Source: Octopus sinensis (lineage: Eukaryota). Taken from it: a stretch of 64,000 nt of DNA. Every line of letters starts with the position of its first letter. Within the stretch, counting starts at the first letter, position 1. The position numbers and the translations under genes are program-made. A model generated the notes under the pieces. The model did not search any database, was not told the origin of the DNA, and saw only the letters and a program-made list of their open reading frames with translations. The DNA is taken from NCBI RefSeq assembly GCF_006345805.1, contig NC_043011.1, positions 59,470,464-59,534,463 of the forward strand, given 5' to 3'. This document shows, one piece after another, positions 37,735 through 51,219 of the stretch.

Positions 37735-39182
37735 ACGAGCTTCCACAATCACCGTCTACTAACTACACTAACAAAGCACTGATCGGCTCGGGGTCAGCCA
37801 ATAGGTGTTCTGGTAACAGATGGAACGCCCCACAATTTCTTGGCTCACCCTCTGCTACCCTATTAATTGTCCTGCACATGTTATCAACTGGAAACTAAAT
37901 TACATATTGAAACAGTATTTTATATTTCTCCTTGGGAATATATTTGTGCATGCAAATGTGTAGAATAATATTCTTCTGAAGAATTATATAAAACAAAAGT
38001 TTCTTTTATTCTCATTGATTTCAAAGTCTGAAGCTGAATGTGACTTCCTAAAGATATTGGCAAAGTATTCACTGTTTGGGAATTATAATTTGCTTTGTAT
38101 CGCTTGCCATAGCAATTACTCGCTGTTGCTGGCTGTACAATAAAAGGATACCTAACAGATATTTAATTAATGCTTCTCAAATAAAATGGAGCCAAATAAG
38201 TCGACACTCTCAAAGTGGAGACAACATTTCTGAAATCTAAACAAATGTAGACAAGATATTTATTTGTTTGTCTCTTTTTACAGCCAAACTATAAAGTGAA
38301 ATGTTTTAACATTATAATAAATTATCTTATTTGTTTTCTCGTCTGTTTTCTTATGGTTTTACGTTTCCTTTCGAAATAATGCACATTTGATATTTTGCTA
38401 TAGAAATGTCTTAATTTTACTTCAGGCGAAGGAGAATAATATGGCAGTATCTCGCTGCAAGCGATAGAAGTCTGTATTTCTCCCACTTTAACTATTATAC
38501 ATCATTTAAACTTAAATAATGACATCAATATCACAACAGTCATTTACACTCAACGTCGAAATTGAAGACGTATGTTTAAGAACTTCATTTGAGTAAGTGC
38601 CTTAATACAGAAAGTTCTTTGGCCACAAGGTCTAATCCCTGTTGTGGTGTTTTGGTTTGTGCTCCTCGGTGAAATTAAGAGCTATTTCTGCTGGGGGCAA
38701 GCTCCTGATAAGGTTTCCCATGCTGGCTATGTTAAACGATAGACGCCGAACTAAAACGGGCTGATCATCGCTTCCTGGAGGTAAAAATGGTTGCATGGAG
38801 CCAACACTTCTCTTCAGGAAAAGCAAAGATAGAGAAGCAAAAATGACTACTGACTGAAAGCCAATAAGACCTGAAGAGGAAGGCTTTCTATCGGAGAAAC
38901 TAAGGATGCAGAGCAGCAAAATTCGAAAGGACGCTGCAAGAAGCAGGGATCCATTTAGCGAGGTACAAAAAAGACAACTCAGAGTCGAGAACTGTGGGAA
39001 AATGACGGTGACCTATACATACCTAGGGAACAAAGAGCTCCAGTCAGTGTGATCATATCTGACGGCAGAAGCCGAGAACATTGTCCGGTTATTATGATTT
39101 CAGTGAAAAGCCTATTTGATTTTTGTCTAGCGTTTCCAAAATCCTTGAATATGAAATTAAAATACTAACCGTTTATTTCTAG

Positions 39183-39206
39183 ACCCCAAAACATACAGAT
39201 TGACAG
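39183..39206 (+). CDS. Candidate 24-nt micro-exon (DPKTYRLTG, phase 1-1)
   Basis: CTAAC branch-like site, TTTATTTCTAG| acceptor, CAG|GTACAA donor. Confidence 0.25.
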
Positions 39207-39274
39207 GTACAATACGACGTCCGGCTTAACACCACCTTCCTGTCATTGTTTGAGTTTGGCTGTGACTGCTATAT

Positions 39275-39567
39275 CAGTGGTTCCAAAAGCAGGCGGTGGA
39301 AAGTTCCAAAGGGGCGTTGAAGAAGACTGGGACGATATCGGGGTAGCAACTCATGTAAAAGGTGGGGTGATAATGGGGAAGTGATTCGTGTAAAAACAAA
39401 ATAATGGGTTCATTAGGTTAACAGTTTAAGTTTTAGTGAAATACATCTACTTAGAATTTACTTTAGAAAGAGGTCAATGTTTCTGATGGTTAGTTGGGGG
39501 TGAGGGCACTAGGAATGTGACCTGAGTGTCAAGTGGGCGGCAGCCCGAAAAAACTTGGAAACCACCG
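39275..39567. mobile_element. hAT-type MITE
   Basis: Ends CAGTGGTTCCAAA / CTTGGAAACCACCG; 8-bp TSD TGCTATAT / CGCTATAT. Confidence 0.8.
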
Positions 39568-40057
39568 CGCTATATCATAAGCGCCTGGGTCAGTCATCCT
39601 CTCTAAGGATAAATTACTCTCTTCTTCCCACCAGTCACGGTGGTTCTGAAATATGTTACGAACGATGTCATTTCTTCTCTAATTAGTCTCTTAACAAGAA
39701 ACCTGATGTCTACGTAAAGAGGTTTTCCACTTAAGGCATTAGAATCTATTTTAAGTCGATCACAAACACTAAGACCTATTAACATGAAACATTAATCATT
39801 ATTCCATTATAAGTGATTCAGACATAAATCCAAAGTCTACTTTTAATGGATTTGGTATAATATATTGTGTAAAACGTAGATTTGATATATCTTTTACACA
39901 ATGTGTGTATATATACGCGTGTGAGTATATCTCTTAGCCTTTCTTTCTTTCTCTCTCTCCCCTCTCTCTATCTCTCTTTATATATATATATATGTATATA
40001 TGTATATATGTATGTATGTGTATATATATATATATATGTATATATATACATACATAC

Positions 40058-40107
<50 letters not shown>

Positions 40108-40129
40108 ATGAATGTGTGTGTATATGTTT

Positions 40130-40323
40130 GTGTGTCTGTGTTTTATCCCCTAACATCGCTTCACAAACGATGCTGGTGTGTTTACGTCCCCGTAACTTAG
40201 CGGTTCGGCAAAAGAGAATAAGTACTACGGTTACAAAAAATAAGTCCTGGAGTCGATTTACTCGACTAAAGGCGGTGCTCCAGTATGGTTGCAGTCAAAT
40301 GACTGAAACAAGTAAAAGAGTAA
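40130..40323 (+). mobile_element. SINE B 3' half
   Basis: TTTACGTCCCCGTAACTTAGCGGTTCGGCAAAAGAG..AATGACTGAAACAAGTAAAAGAG. Confidence 0.92.
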
Positions 40324-40354
40324 AATAAATATATATATACATATATATACATAT

Positions 40355-40438
<84 letters not shown>

Positions 40439-41724
40439 ATGAATGTGTGTGTATATGTATATATATATATCCTATAAGTGAGGAATTTGCGGGGTCGGTT
40501 GACTGTCGGATAGTCTTGCGATATTCATTCCAGTTGCCTTCATGCCCTACCATTGGGAAGTTTGTCTTTTATTCTTTTGGGATCAATAAATAAATTGCCA
40601 ATTCAGTATATAGGTTAAACCTTTTCTCTTTATGTCTGAAATAAATCTGTTGTGATCGCATCTTGATATGACTGATTCCGACAGGTTTATATACCCAAGA
40701 CACGTGAGGCATCGATTCTTTGCAAGAACTAAGTGTGGATATATATTTGAGTAACCTGTTATTCCAGCAAATTATTTTGTTCCTTTTAAAATGAATGATG
40801 GATTCTTAGAACTTCCATGTGTAATATATTTTGTTAAGAATATAACTTTTCAGGGGCATTTTCCACAAAGATCTCAGCCCTTCTCAATTACATCTCTTAC
40901 TCATTATGCTCCCTAATTCTTGCCTGTATCCTTAAATTTGCATTAAATGTTCCCTGTTTCAAAATAGATACTAGAGAAACCCTACGCATGCTATTTTGAA
41001 ATATGATAATCAAAACCTCTTTTGTGTGAAGTCTGATTTATATTAAAAATCATTTGTAGTAAAATTATCGTAGGTCTCTTTAAAAAAAACTTTCAATTGG
41101 CTTTTAATGTTGCTTTTTTTTTTCCAAGGACTGACCTTAATTTGTAGACGTCGCAAAGAACGTCAACAATATATTATGTATCATAATCGCTAAATCATTT
41201 ATTGCTATCTCTGCTAAAAGTGTTTTAAGGTGTATAAATTGTCTTAAAAGTACGTTTGAAATATCAGCTTATAGTATAAATCTATTAATATTTGATTCTT
41301 GCTAAGTAGATAATTCTAGACTTTCAAAGTATGATTGACACGAAGAACAGACCAACACCACTTCTATTCTGACCTTATAACCATAAGTGCTTTAAAATGT
41401 TCCCAACTCTAAAGTTGATGCGTCAACCTCCTCCGCAAAATGGCCGACTCATTCTTAAGCGATATCTATCATGCAACCATTGCACATGATTGCGAAGAGG
41501 TAATGGGGGGTGCTTTAATTTGCCATACATTCACCTAGAAAGAACAGTCACGCATTCCTCAAATCACACGCATACGTGTTTAAGGAGAAAAAAAAAGAGG
41601 GAGCATACATACAGTTTAAACATACCCGATACACAATGCTTGACAATAAGACTGGGTGGCCATGCATAGAACGCCGTCGATTATAGATTCGCTCGATCAG
41701 AGACGGGTTTGGTTAAACAACTTC

Positions 41725-41778
41725 TGCTATTGTAGCTACTACTACTACTACTATTACTACTACTACTACTACTACTAC

Positions 41779-41828
<50 letters not shown>

Positions 41829-41870
41829 TAATAATAATAAAAATAATAATAATAATAAAAATAATAATAA

Positions 41871-41935
<65 letters not shown>

Positions 41936-41948
41936 TAATAATAATAAA

Positions 41949-42015
<67 letters not shown>

Positions 42016-42072
42016 GTAATAATAATAATAATAAAATTAATATAATAATAATATAATAATAATAATAATAAT
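41725..42072. repeat. (TAC)n then long (AAT)n array
   Basis: Direct inspection. Confidence 0.95.
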
Positions 42073-42111
42073 TTCAGCTATTTTAGTATGCTCCCGTGTT
42101 AGATTGATCGT

Positions 42112-42300
42112 TTAGCCGATAAATGGATTATTGTAGATTTTGGTGCTAAGCTCTCTTGGGCCATAAACGTTCCAACAATGACGAAATCGTTCTTTAATTC
42201 CCGACAATATTCGTAAAACTACGTTATCGAATGTGTCAGACAATAGCGTGTGATGCGATTTGGAAGACATTTGGTTGCTCTTTCTGTCATTTTGAGAGAC
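42112..42300 (-). pseudogene. Possible Tc1/mariner transposase C-terminal relic
   Basis: DTFDNVVLRILSGIKERFRHCWNVYG resembles the C-terminal peptide of the 26.2-kb element (VIGNFRERLRQCVDNNG). Confidence 0.35.
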
Positions 42301-42413
42301 TGCTTTCAAACTACTTCAAAGATTAAACAATTTAAGTGGATCTTAGTCATAAAACCAATTCTCATTCTTGTCACCTTTAATTGACTTATTTTATTATTTT
42401 GTCTTTCTTGAAG

Positions 42414-42448
42414 GTGAAACATTCATTCCACTTACATGGACTTTACCG
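42414..42448 (+). CDS. Candidate 35-nt exon (GETFIPLTWTLP or VKHSFHLHGLYR)
   Basis: Pyrimidine-rich acceptor TTTTGTCTTTCTTGAAG|, consensus donor CCG|GTAAGT, two open frames. Confidence 0.4.
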
Positions 42449-42636
42449 GTAAGTACAGATATTTCACTTTACTCTTCGCTCCGTTTGGTTTCGCACTTTT
42501 CTGTGTGAATCGTTTCGATCTTCTGTTTTCTTTTTATATTTGAATGATCCATTTCTTTGTCAAAACCGAAACTTTATAAAAGTGTGTGTGTATTTCACTA
42601 GGCATGAATGCGAAACTGTATCTTTGTATATATATA

Positions 42637-42684
<48 letters not shown>

Positions 42685-42807
42685 CGGTTTGAGGTATAAA
42701 AACAAGTATATTCTTTTACGAAGGCATGTAGAGTTCCTGCAAGCTGACAGACATAAGATATCAGGACCGTGCGTGGAAGAGGCAGAACAAGTATACATAT
42801 GTGTGTG

Positions 42808-42876
<69 letters not shown>

Positions 42877-42980
42877 TGTGTGTGTGTGTGTGTGTGTGTA
42901 CGTATATACATATATATATATATATATATATTATATTTATATATGCATATATGTTTGTATGTATGTGTGGGAGTATATAT

Positions 42981-43029
<49 letters not shown>

Positions 43030-43038
<9 letters not shown>

Positions 43039-43191
43039 GTTAAAGAGGAAAACAAGCGTTAAGGCAAGGCAAACATCTCAAGTCATAATATGCATTATTA
43101 TTATTGGATTTTTTTTCCAATAATAATAATGTATATGAGTTGAGATTCTTAACTCGAGTTAATGTTTGTTGTCCTCTTTAACAATTATATA
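43030..43191. repeat. Small inverted-repeat (MITE-like) element
   Basis: TATATAATTGTTAAAGAGGAAAACAA versus TTGTTGTCCTCTTTAACAATTATATA (one mismatch). Confidence 0.65.
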
Positions 43192-43328
43192 TCCCCTGCA
43201 TCATAAATCTGCAATGGCTATATAACTACCGTCCCGGCTATAAACCTGGAGCCCTAGTAATCCGTTACAGCACTTACCTAGCGAACCTAATCGTTCAGAT
43301 CACCTATACTAAAGCACCATACTTTGTA

Positions 43329-43401
<73 letters not shown>

Positions 43402-43455
43402 TTGCCTGTCTGTGTGTTTATCTGTGTGTGTCTGTGCGTGTATAATGTATATATA

Positions 43456-44160
43456 TTAGGTCTGGGGAAAGGTCTAGGGAATAAGCTGGGTAGGGAAGAA
43501 CATCGTAGCCAAGTTCCCTGAACTTCTGGAGCGTCATTAGTGAAACGTGTGGTCGATCATTGTCATGAAGAATGATTGGCCCTCTTCCGTTGGCAATTCC
43601 ACGGCAACATGTTTCTGCAGTAATGGTTTCTCCGGGTTTTAGGAAGTTATTTGTGGATGAGTCGAGCAGTACACCACCAAGCAGTCACCATAACCTTCTT
43701 GTTGAAGAGCTCGGGTTTAGGGAAGTTTTTCGGTGCTTCGTTTTGGTCCAACCCTTTTGAAAACGTTTTTCCTTTTTTTCTTATTAATGTACAGAATCCA
43801 CTTTCATCGCAAGTTACAATACAGTCAAGAATTAAATCGGTCTGGTTACGGGGAAGAAACAACGAACAAATTTCGTATCTGCGCATTTTCTGATTTTTAA
43901 TTTAAATCGTGTGCTACCCTTTTGTTGAGTTTTTATTTTCCCATCGCATACAAATGGTCGCAGGTTCTTTTGCCAGTTCTCGAGTGGTTTTACGTGGATC
44001 TTTCTCAATGACGGTCTTTAATTGACCGCCATCGATGATGGATGGGCGTCTACTACGCTCACGATCTTCAAGGCTCAGGTTTTCACTAGAAAATCGCCTA
44101 AACAATTTTCGAGCTGACCACTCAGTGATCATTTCTTCACCAAACAGATTTTCATGTAAG
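43456..44160 (-). pseudogene. Mariner (DD34D, SETMAR/Hsmar1-like) transposase relic with frameshifts
   Basis: Motifs LEDRERSRRPS, IVTCDE, PKPELFNKKVMVTAWW, IILHDNDRPHV, GYDVLPYPAYSLDLSP. Confidence 0.93.
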
Positions 44161-44694
44161 GGGTTACCCCAGATACAACACCAGCTCTGACTTGATTGCC
44201 AACTAAGTTTTTGAATCGCCAAGTTCCTCCTGTGTAACTTGCCACAGGCCTGCCGCGGACGCAGAGGTTACACCGTCCTGTGCAGGGTAGGGGTGGCCCT
44301 AATTCCCTGCGGTGTTCACATGAATTACGCTATCTGATTTGTCCTTCATCTGAGATGTTAGGTGTGATTTGAAAGAAGTGTAACTACTCTTTCTATCATG
44401 CCGAATGACTTCACAGAGTGTCCATTGCTCATTTGTAATCTACTTCCGTGGACAGCCTCAGCGTATGAAAACCCAAGATCGTTGCTTTGCCCTTACATCT
44501 GTAGCCACGTTCTTGTTTTCATCACTAGCTAAGCTATGTTCTCTAGCCACAGGATTCAAGATGGATGGGTTGGTGGCCAGGCTGTGGTTGCTACTTCTGT
44601 TGTTGCTGTTGTTGTAGTTGTGTTTGTTCTTGTCTTTGTCTCGACATCCTTCTATCGCCATTGTCAGTTATTGCCTTAACTGTTAAATTATTAT

Positions 44695-44848
44695 TATGCG
44701 TAACATTCTGCAGAGGTCGACTTTGTCTTTCATCGTGTCTGGGTCGGTGAATTAAATACCAGTTATGTACTGGGGTCGATGTGATCGATTGTCGCGCTCC
44801 CCCAAATTTCAGGCTTTGTGCCTATAGTAGAAAGGATTATTATTATTA
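44695..44848 (+). mobile_element. 5'-truncated SINE A, A2 tail with (TAT)n
   Basis: GAGGTCGACTTTGTCTTTCATC..CAGGCTTTGTGCCTATAGTAGAAAGGATTATT. Confidence 0.85.
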
Positions 44849-45214
44849 CTTCCACTTTAGCGAAGGCGGGGGTATTGTTTTCAGTCGTGTCTGCTTGTTT
44901 GTCCGTGGACAAGATATCTCAAGAACCGCTGGATGGATTCGGATGAAACTTCCAGGGATGATTGGCCTCATGACTGGCACGAACTGATTAGACTTTGGGA
45001 TCGATCCTGTACTGAACAAGTATTCTGGATTATTTTTCTGTTTTCTTTTTTTACTTAATTTTTGTGAGCAGTCGGGGTCATTTTTACTATTCTTGTTTGT
45101 GAGAACAGTCGAGTTTATTTCCGATATTCTCATTTCAAAAATCATCTCTGGCTAATCGTTGAGAGAACGTTGGTGTTGCCTTGGCGGAGGTTTGGCGCTC
45201 TCTGAGTGCTCTTG

Positions 45215-45216
<2 letters not shown>
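44846..45216 (+). mobile_element. Helentron-associated non-autonomous element (HINE/DINE-like)
   Basis: 5' short inverted repeat ACTTCCACTTT-AGCG-AAGGCGGGGGT; 3' sub-terminal repeat GCCTTGGCGGAGGT followed by hairpin GCGCTC-TCT-GAGTGC and TCTTGTT. Confidence 0.65.
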
Positions 45217-45264
<48 letters not shown>

Positions 45265-45822
45265 GAGTGAGAGAGCAATGCATGCCATCAAAGTGACACT
45301 GGGGTAAAATATACGAAGCCCAGTATACCCATCATGACTACCCGTCTGATAAGGGTACACCAGGCACATGCATCACAACCATATGTGCGCGACATGGTGA
45401 TCTCATATCAAGATAAACAGCGCATGACCTTGCAGGTGGAGCCCAGTTACAATTTTCATCAGGTCGAGTAACCCATCCTGTTCAAAAGGTCCCTGAATAA
45501 GGGTTGCTTTAGGATGTTGAACGGAAACACCCATGTTTCCAGAGATGAATTATTCAAACACCAAAGAATCCCTCTCAACACACAGCAATGATGCTCCCCC
45601 ACTACTTCTGCTCATGATCAGAGATGCACATATCGTCAGCCACTAAGGGACATGCTCAACTGGTTAAGGTCAAACAACTGACAAGCAAATCTGTGGTATT
45701 GAGCAGAATATTTGCTATAGCCCATCTTTTATACCAAGACAAAACAATGTACATGATAACACTTCTAATCAGTTAAGATCAGAAGCCATGAGAGCCACTG
45801 CCTGGTACTGCATCAGGGCATT
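45265..45822. mobile_element. About 560-bp element E inside (TAT)n, copy 1
   Basis: Begins GAGTGAGAGAGCA.TGCATGCC, ends GGTACTGCATCAGGGCATTT; TAT arrays on both sides. Confidence 0.9.
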
Positions 45823-45849
45823 TTATTATTATTATTACTATTATTATTA

Positions 45850-45894
<45 letters not shown>

Positions 45895-46537
45895 TATTAT
45901 TATTATTACTATTATTATTATTACTATAATTATTATTATGAAATCATTCAAGAAATGTGAAATTTGGAATGCACAAGATAGTAAAGGAGAAGAATATCTG
46001 TGATAACGATGCCGACAACAACAACGACGAGGAAGCCGGGGATGATAGCCCTGATCGTGATGATGATGATGACAACAAAGAGGAGGAGGATGAAGCAGTA
46101 AATTATGTACAGCCTATAATTACGGACAGAAATAATGACGAGAATCGGCAAGATGATATCATCTCCTAATCATGAAGGTTGCTTCAGTTTCGAAGATGAT
46201 AAAGAGGATTTTAATGAACGTTTTGGGCTTTCAGTGTTCCAGTTACACCGTGTTATCCGAATTGGGAAGCATGTTCAATTTAAAGTTGAGTTTTGCATGC
46301 ACAAATGAAGCTTACGCGTTCATTTTTCATTTTCTGCCGTATTTCTCATTTTTGATTTAATAATCATAATTTTAAATTACATTGAAATACCTAATTAGTC
46401 ACAGAATCTCAGCAACGAGAGTGGCTTCGACGATGACAGTCGTTTGACTACGATGGGAACGAGTAAAATTGCAAATATAAATATTCATGAGCCACGGAGT
46501 CATCAGTACTTATTCGGACGCGTGTCGATGTTACTGA

Positions 46538-46601
<64 letters not shown>

Positions 46602-47146
46602 GAGTGAGAGAGCAGTGCATGCCATCAAAGTCACACTGGGGTAAAATATACGAAGCCTAATATGTCCATCATGATTACCCGTCTGATAAGGGTACACCAG
46701 ACACGTGCATCACAACCAAGGTGATCTCATATCAAGATAAACAGTGCATGACCTTGCAGGTGGGCCCAATTAGAATTTTCTTCAGGTCGAGTAAACCCTA
46801 CGGCGTGAAAAAAGGTCCCTGAATAAGGATTGTTTAAGGATGTTGAACAAACCACCCATGATTCCAAATGTGAATTATCCAAAGAATTCTCAGAATTCTT
46901 TTCAACACACAGCTATGATGCTCCCCCACTACTTCTGCTCATGATCAGAGATGCACATATCGTCAGCCACTAGGGGACATGGTCAACTGGTTAAGGTCAA
47001 ACAACTGACAAGCAAATCTGTGGTATTGAGCAGAATATTTGTTGTAGCATATCTTTTATACCAAGACAAAACAATGTGCATGATAACACTTCCAATCAGT
47101 TAAGACCAGAATCCATGAGAGCCACTGTCTGGTACTGCATCAGGGC

Positions 47147-47150
<4 letters not shown>
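46602..47150. mobile_element. About 550-bp element E inside (TAT)n, copy 2
   Basis: Same termini and orientation as copy 1; about 13-nt internal deletion and scattered substitutions. Confidence 0.9.
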
Positions 47151-47204
<54 letters not shown>

Positions 47205-47230
47205 TACTACTAAAACTTATTATTAAAAAA

Positions 47231-47460
47231 GAAGGCGGCGAGCTGGCAGAAACGTTAGCACGCTGGACGAAATGCATAGCGGTATTTCGCCCGTTGCTAC
47301 GTTCTGAGTTCAAATTCCTCTGGGATTGACTTTGCCTTTCATCCTTTCGGGGACGATAAACTAAGTACCACCTCCACACTGGGGCCGATGTAATCGACTA
47401 GTCTCCTCCCACCTAAAATGTCAGGCCTTGTGTCTATAGTGGAAATGATTATTATTATTG
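47231..47460 (+). mobile_element. SINE family A, A2 tail
   Basis: Complete head AAGGCGGCGAGCTGGCAGAAACGTTAGCACG to (TAT)n tail. Confidence 0.93.
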
Positions 47461-47574
47461 CTTTACTTCTCAGAGCACTCGGTCTTACTTGTACTGGTTG
47501 ATTTTGTGAGAGGACAGCAACCCGTTACCAGAGGTCTCACAGGGTCTCCTTCCGCAAATTATTATTATTATTAT

Positions 47575-47621
<47 letters not shown>

Positions 47622-47759
47622 TAAGAGTTTCATATTTTGATACCAAGCCGACAATTTTTATGAGGAGATTGTTCATCGATTACATCGGCCTTTGTACTCA
47701 ATTGTTACATATTTCTCTTGTCTTCCAACCTGTCTTTAGTGTCACCGTATAACAGCTGA

Positions 47760-50700
47760 GTACAGACTATTGGATATTTTGTGTCCGTCAGACTACATGA
47801 AGAAGAGAAAGAGGACCAAAAGTTCTTATGTGATTTACCATGTGGTTTTCAGATAGGAACAATTTGCCTGGTATCATTTACTTTCATTATTTCAGGAAAA
47901 CAGTCACGCAACGACCCCAACTTGCCTGCTATGGTAACGTTTCTCGGTTTGCGGCATACGATTTTATTGTAGGACCAATTAAAGGATTTGTTTCAATTAA
48001 GGTATACACACTGAAATATAATCCCTATATTGTCCTTCAGTATATGGCTGTATTGTTATCGAAGTTGCCCAGAAATTTCTTCCAAGCTGATGCCGTGTTT
48101 GAAATCGTTAAAAATCTACTATTTAGTCTGATTCATATTTGTCAAATAGTCTGATTCGTTTTTGCATATAATTGGGTCCCAGTGCTATTGAACGGTTCGT
48201 GATACAAGCCTCTCGAACCCGTAGAACCATGTTTACGGGTCGATGCTGCTCATACGTTTACTTTTTCTTCAGCAGCTCTGTTCTTGGAGCACTTTCAAGG
48301 GACTGCCAAGGTTATCTTCCCAGGCTTTTAGCAATAATAACAAGAAGTTCATTCATTCTTCAAACAATGTACGAGTCATGGTAGGTAACTGATTCAATTA
48401 TGTATGAATATAATGTGTAAAGTTTCTCTGAGATGCCGTTCGTCTGGTTGAATATACCTAAGGATTCAATACGCGCTCTTTATTTAGTCAGAAAAACACG
48501 AAACAGGAAAACGAGCAAATGGCAATTCCGTGAGGAATCGCCCGTATAAGTGCTATCTTGACCCAGAAGCTGATCGATATATTTTTTTACAAATCTTGAT
48601 TCTCATGTGTAAGAAACCTTCGGATTTTACTTTATTCGCTTAACTGCCGAGAATTTACTGTCTTTGATCATTCTTCTTCATTGGAGCATTTCAGTGCAGC
48701 TTAAATGGTTTTTCTATTAATGTTCTTATTCTGTTTTGTTTCTGTTTCTTGTTTTGTTTTTGTTTTTGCTCTTGAAAGAAGTAGGAACTGGATTATTGAA
48801 GTGTTTAGTATCATTCGAATGTTTCCTGGTGAAGAATCTCTTGTCTCTGAAATTAATGATTTTTGGATGTCTTTTAATGCTTGAAAGGAACCTAAGATTT
48901 AACACTTCAGTATTTCTCTTGTGTAGGAATTCTGTTATGTTTTCGCAACTGACTTTTCGAAAGTATTTTTTATTTTTTGCAGCTGGGTATCAATAAATTC
49001 TCAATCAATTTTGAAAAGAAATAGAATTGTCTGCGTTTTGTCTTTCATGGTGGGGAAATTAGTTCAGTATCGTTTGTGTTGAAGTGTTTAATCCTCTGGG
49101 TTTATAAGGGGAAGTTTGCAAGGCCTTCGCAGGGGTTGATGGCATTCATGTTCCTCTAGGATCTTTATAAATCAATACCTGCGGGAAAGACATTGAGCTG
49201 GAAGGGACTTCAGAAGGATTCTGTACTGAGAAGGAAATGCTAAATGTTGGGATTAATGTCTGATATGGATGGACACAAGAAGGGTGATAAGAAGAGAAGG
49301 AAAATCAAACACACGTGGGTGGGAATGGTTGAGAAAACATGGTACGTTCCCAGCCAGCTTTTCCAATAAGGAGAATCGCTGAAAGCATCGGGGACTACAT
49401 ACCATTGCTTAGTCAGTAAAAGACGTGGTTATGTCTTTGAAAGGTGATTTTTTTTCCTTTTTCATAAATAAATTCACAAAAATTACAATTGAACTTTTCT
49501 TTTTAGTCTCTCATACTCCATTATGGTAGGTGTGCTTTCATGTAGCCGACACCATTTCAACAGTTTTATGTTCTTTGCGAAGCCCTCCATGAATTTGTCG
49601 TAACTCTCCCCAGGTACCAAAATACCACCGTCATTTGAGTGAAAAGTGTCTCCCGACAGCCAAACTCTTACCAGTCCCTTCATTTCCGCTATTCTTCTCT
49701 CTGTGTACGTTCCCAGTCAGCTCTTCTAATGAATAGAATCCCTGAAAGCATCGGGGACTATATACCATTGTCTGGTCAGTAAAAGACGTGGTTATGTCTT
49801 TGATAGGTGTGGGTATGTCGCTTTTGTCTGTCAGATGTGTGGCGTCGGTGAATTGCAGGTGGAGGAATGTAGATATATTTCTTTTATTCTTTTACCTGTT
49901 TCAGTCATTTTGACTGTAAACATACTGAAGCTTCGCTTTTTAGTCGAAGAAATTGACCCCTGGACTTATTCGTTATACGTCTAGTACCTAGAACTTATTC
50001 TATCGATCTCTTTTGCCGAACAGCTAGTTTAAGAGGACTTAAACACACCAACATTGGTTGTGAAGAGACGGTGGTGGGACAAACGCAGACACGCAAACAT
50101 ATACGTAATTACGGCGGGCTTCTTTCAGTTTCCGTCTACCAAATCCGCTCACCAGGTTTTGATCGACCCGAGGCTATAGTAGGAGACACATGACTAAGGT
50201 GTCACGCAGCGGGACTGAACCAGGACCATTTGGTTGGGAAGCTAGCTTCTTACCACACAGCCACGCCTGGATATTTTGAAGATGGCTTGGCTCGCATTAA
50301 TTAGAATCCATATTTCCAAACTATGTAAATGTTGAAAATAGTCTAAAAACCTTTCTATTACCAGGAGATTCAGGTCACTTCAGGAGGATAATTTCAACAC
50401 ATGTATCAACTCCTCCGGGTACATTTTGAATATATTTACCAAAGATTTTTTAAAGCAGTTGCGGGGAGCTAAGTATGGAAGTCAATCGATAAAATACTGT
50501 TTCTGATGTTCAGTATGATGTGGTCGATTTGTTACCAAGATCAACAAGAGCGGGGCAGTGATGTCTTCTCTGGCATACACACACAGTCCACAGTTGTTTA
50601 TTCTTATATTTTACTGGAGGGGTAACAGTACGACTTTCTGTTCTGGATACTGTCTGATACCTAGCATATGTTCTTCAACGTCTCGCAGTTCTGTCATAAG

Positions 50701-51010
50701 TTGTGTTTCTTTAAACACAATTTCGATATGGTTTGTTCTGGTTAGATCTTTCAAGGAACGACTTTAATTGGGTTATATTGTTGGTGTTACTTGTAGACTT
50801 CTCGAACATTCTACAGAATTATAGAAACGAAGTTGATTTTTGTGACGCATGCTACGGCTATTTCTGCAGCGTTCTGCGTTGAAGGGGTGAATTTCTTGCG
50901 ATACCTGTTACAGTAATTCCACATGTTGTTCCAGGACAATTTATTTATGGCACTTATTTATTTTAAGTATTTGTGGTAGTTCCAAAGGACGATGTTTAGA
51001 ATAGCATATG
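47760..51010 (-). mobile_element. Heavily decayed non-LTR retrotransposon (L1/Tx1-like), interrupted by a SINE
   Basis: Broken minus-strand peptides resembling RT motifs: TNGISEKLYT (PGxDGLxxEFY-like), FPEIMKVNDTRQIVPIxKPHGKSHKNFWSS..LTDTKY (FP..K...I.K..NxRPI..DYK-like); basic linker and weak endonuclease/ORF1-like peptides upstream; 65-bp internal duplication at about 49380 and 49742. Confidence 0.5.
49889..50268 (-). mobile_element. Full-length SINE family B
   Basis: Collinear with 33528-33911. Confidence 0.92.
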
Positions 51011-51219
51011 TCACGTTTTCTTATCTCAGGGGAAGATATTGGGAAAGGAATAAAAAGGCACTGAGAGAACAAAAGTGGAATAGTGTATGTGTGTATGCGT
51101 GTAACTGTCTATATGTGCATGTGTGCTTGTGTGTATATGTGTGTGTGTGAAAGAGAGAGAGAGAAACAAAGAAAGCGGGAAGGAGTTAAGTTTCGCTCTG
51201 AAGCAATTCGTGTTAAACA

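Noticed and set aside
45957-46169. Acidic 70-aa ORF (DDDDDNKEEEDE)
   Set aside because: Explained by decayed GAT/AAC/GAG triplet repeats between two E elements; no splice or domain support
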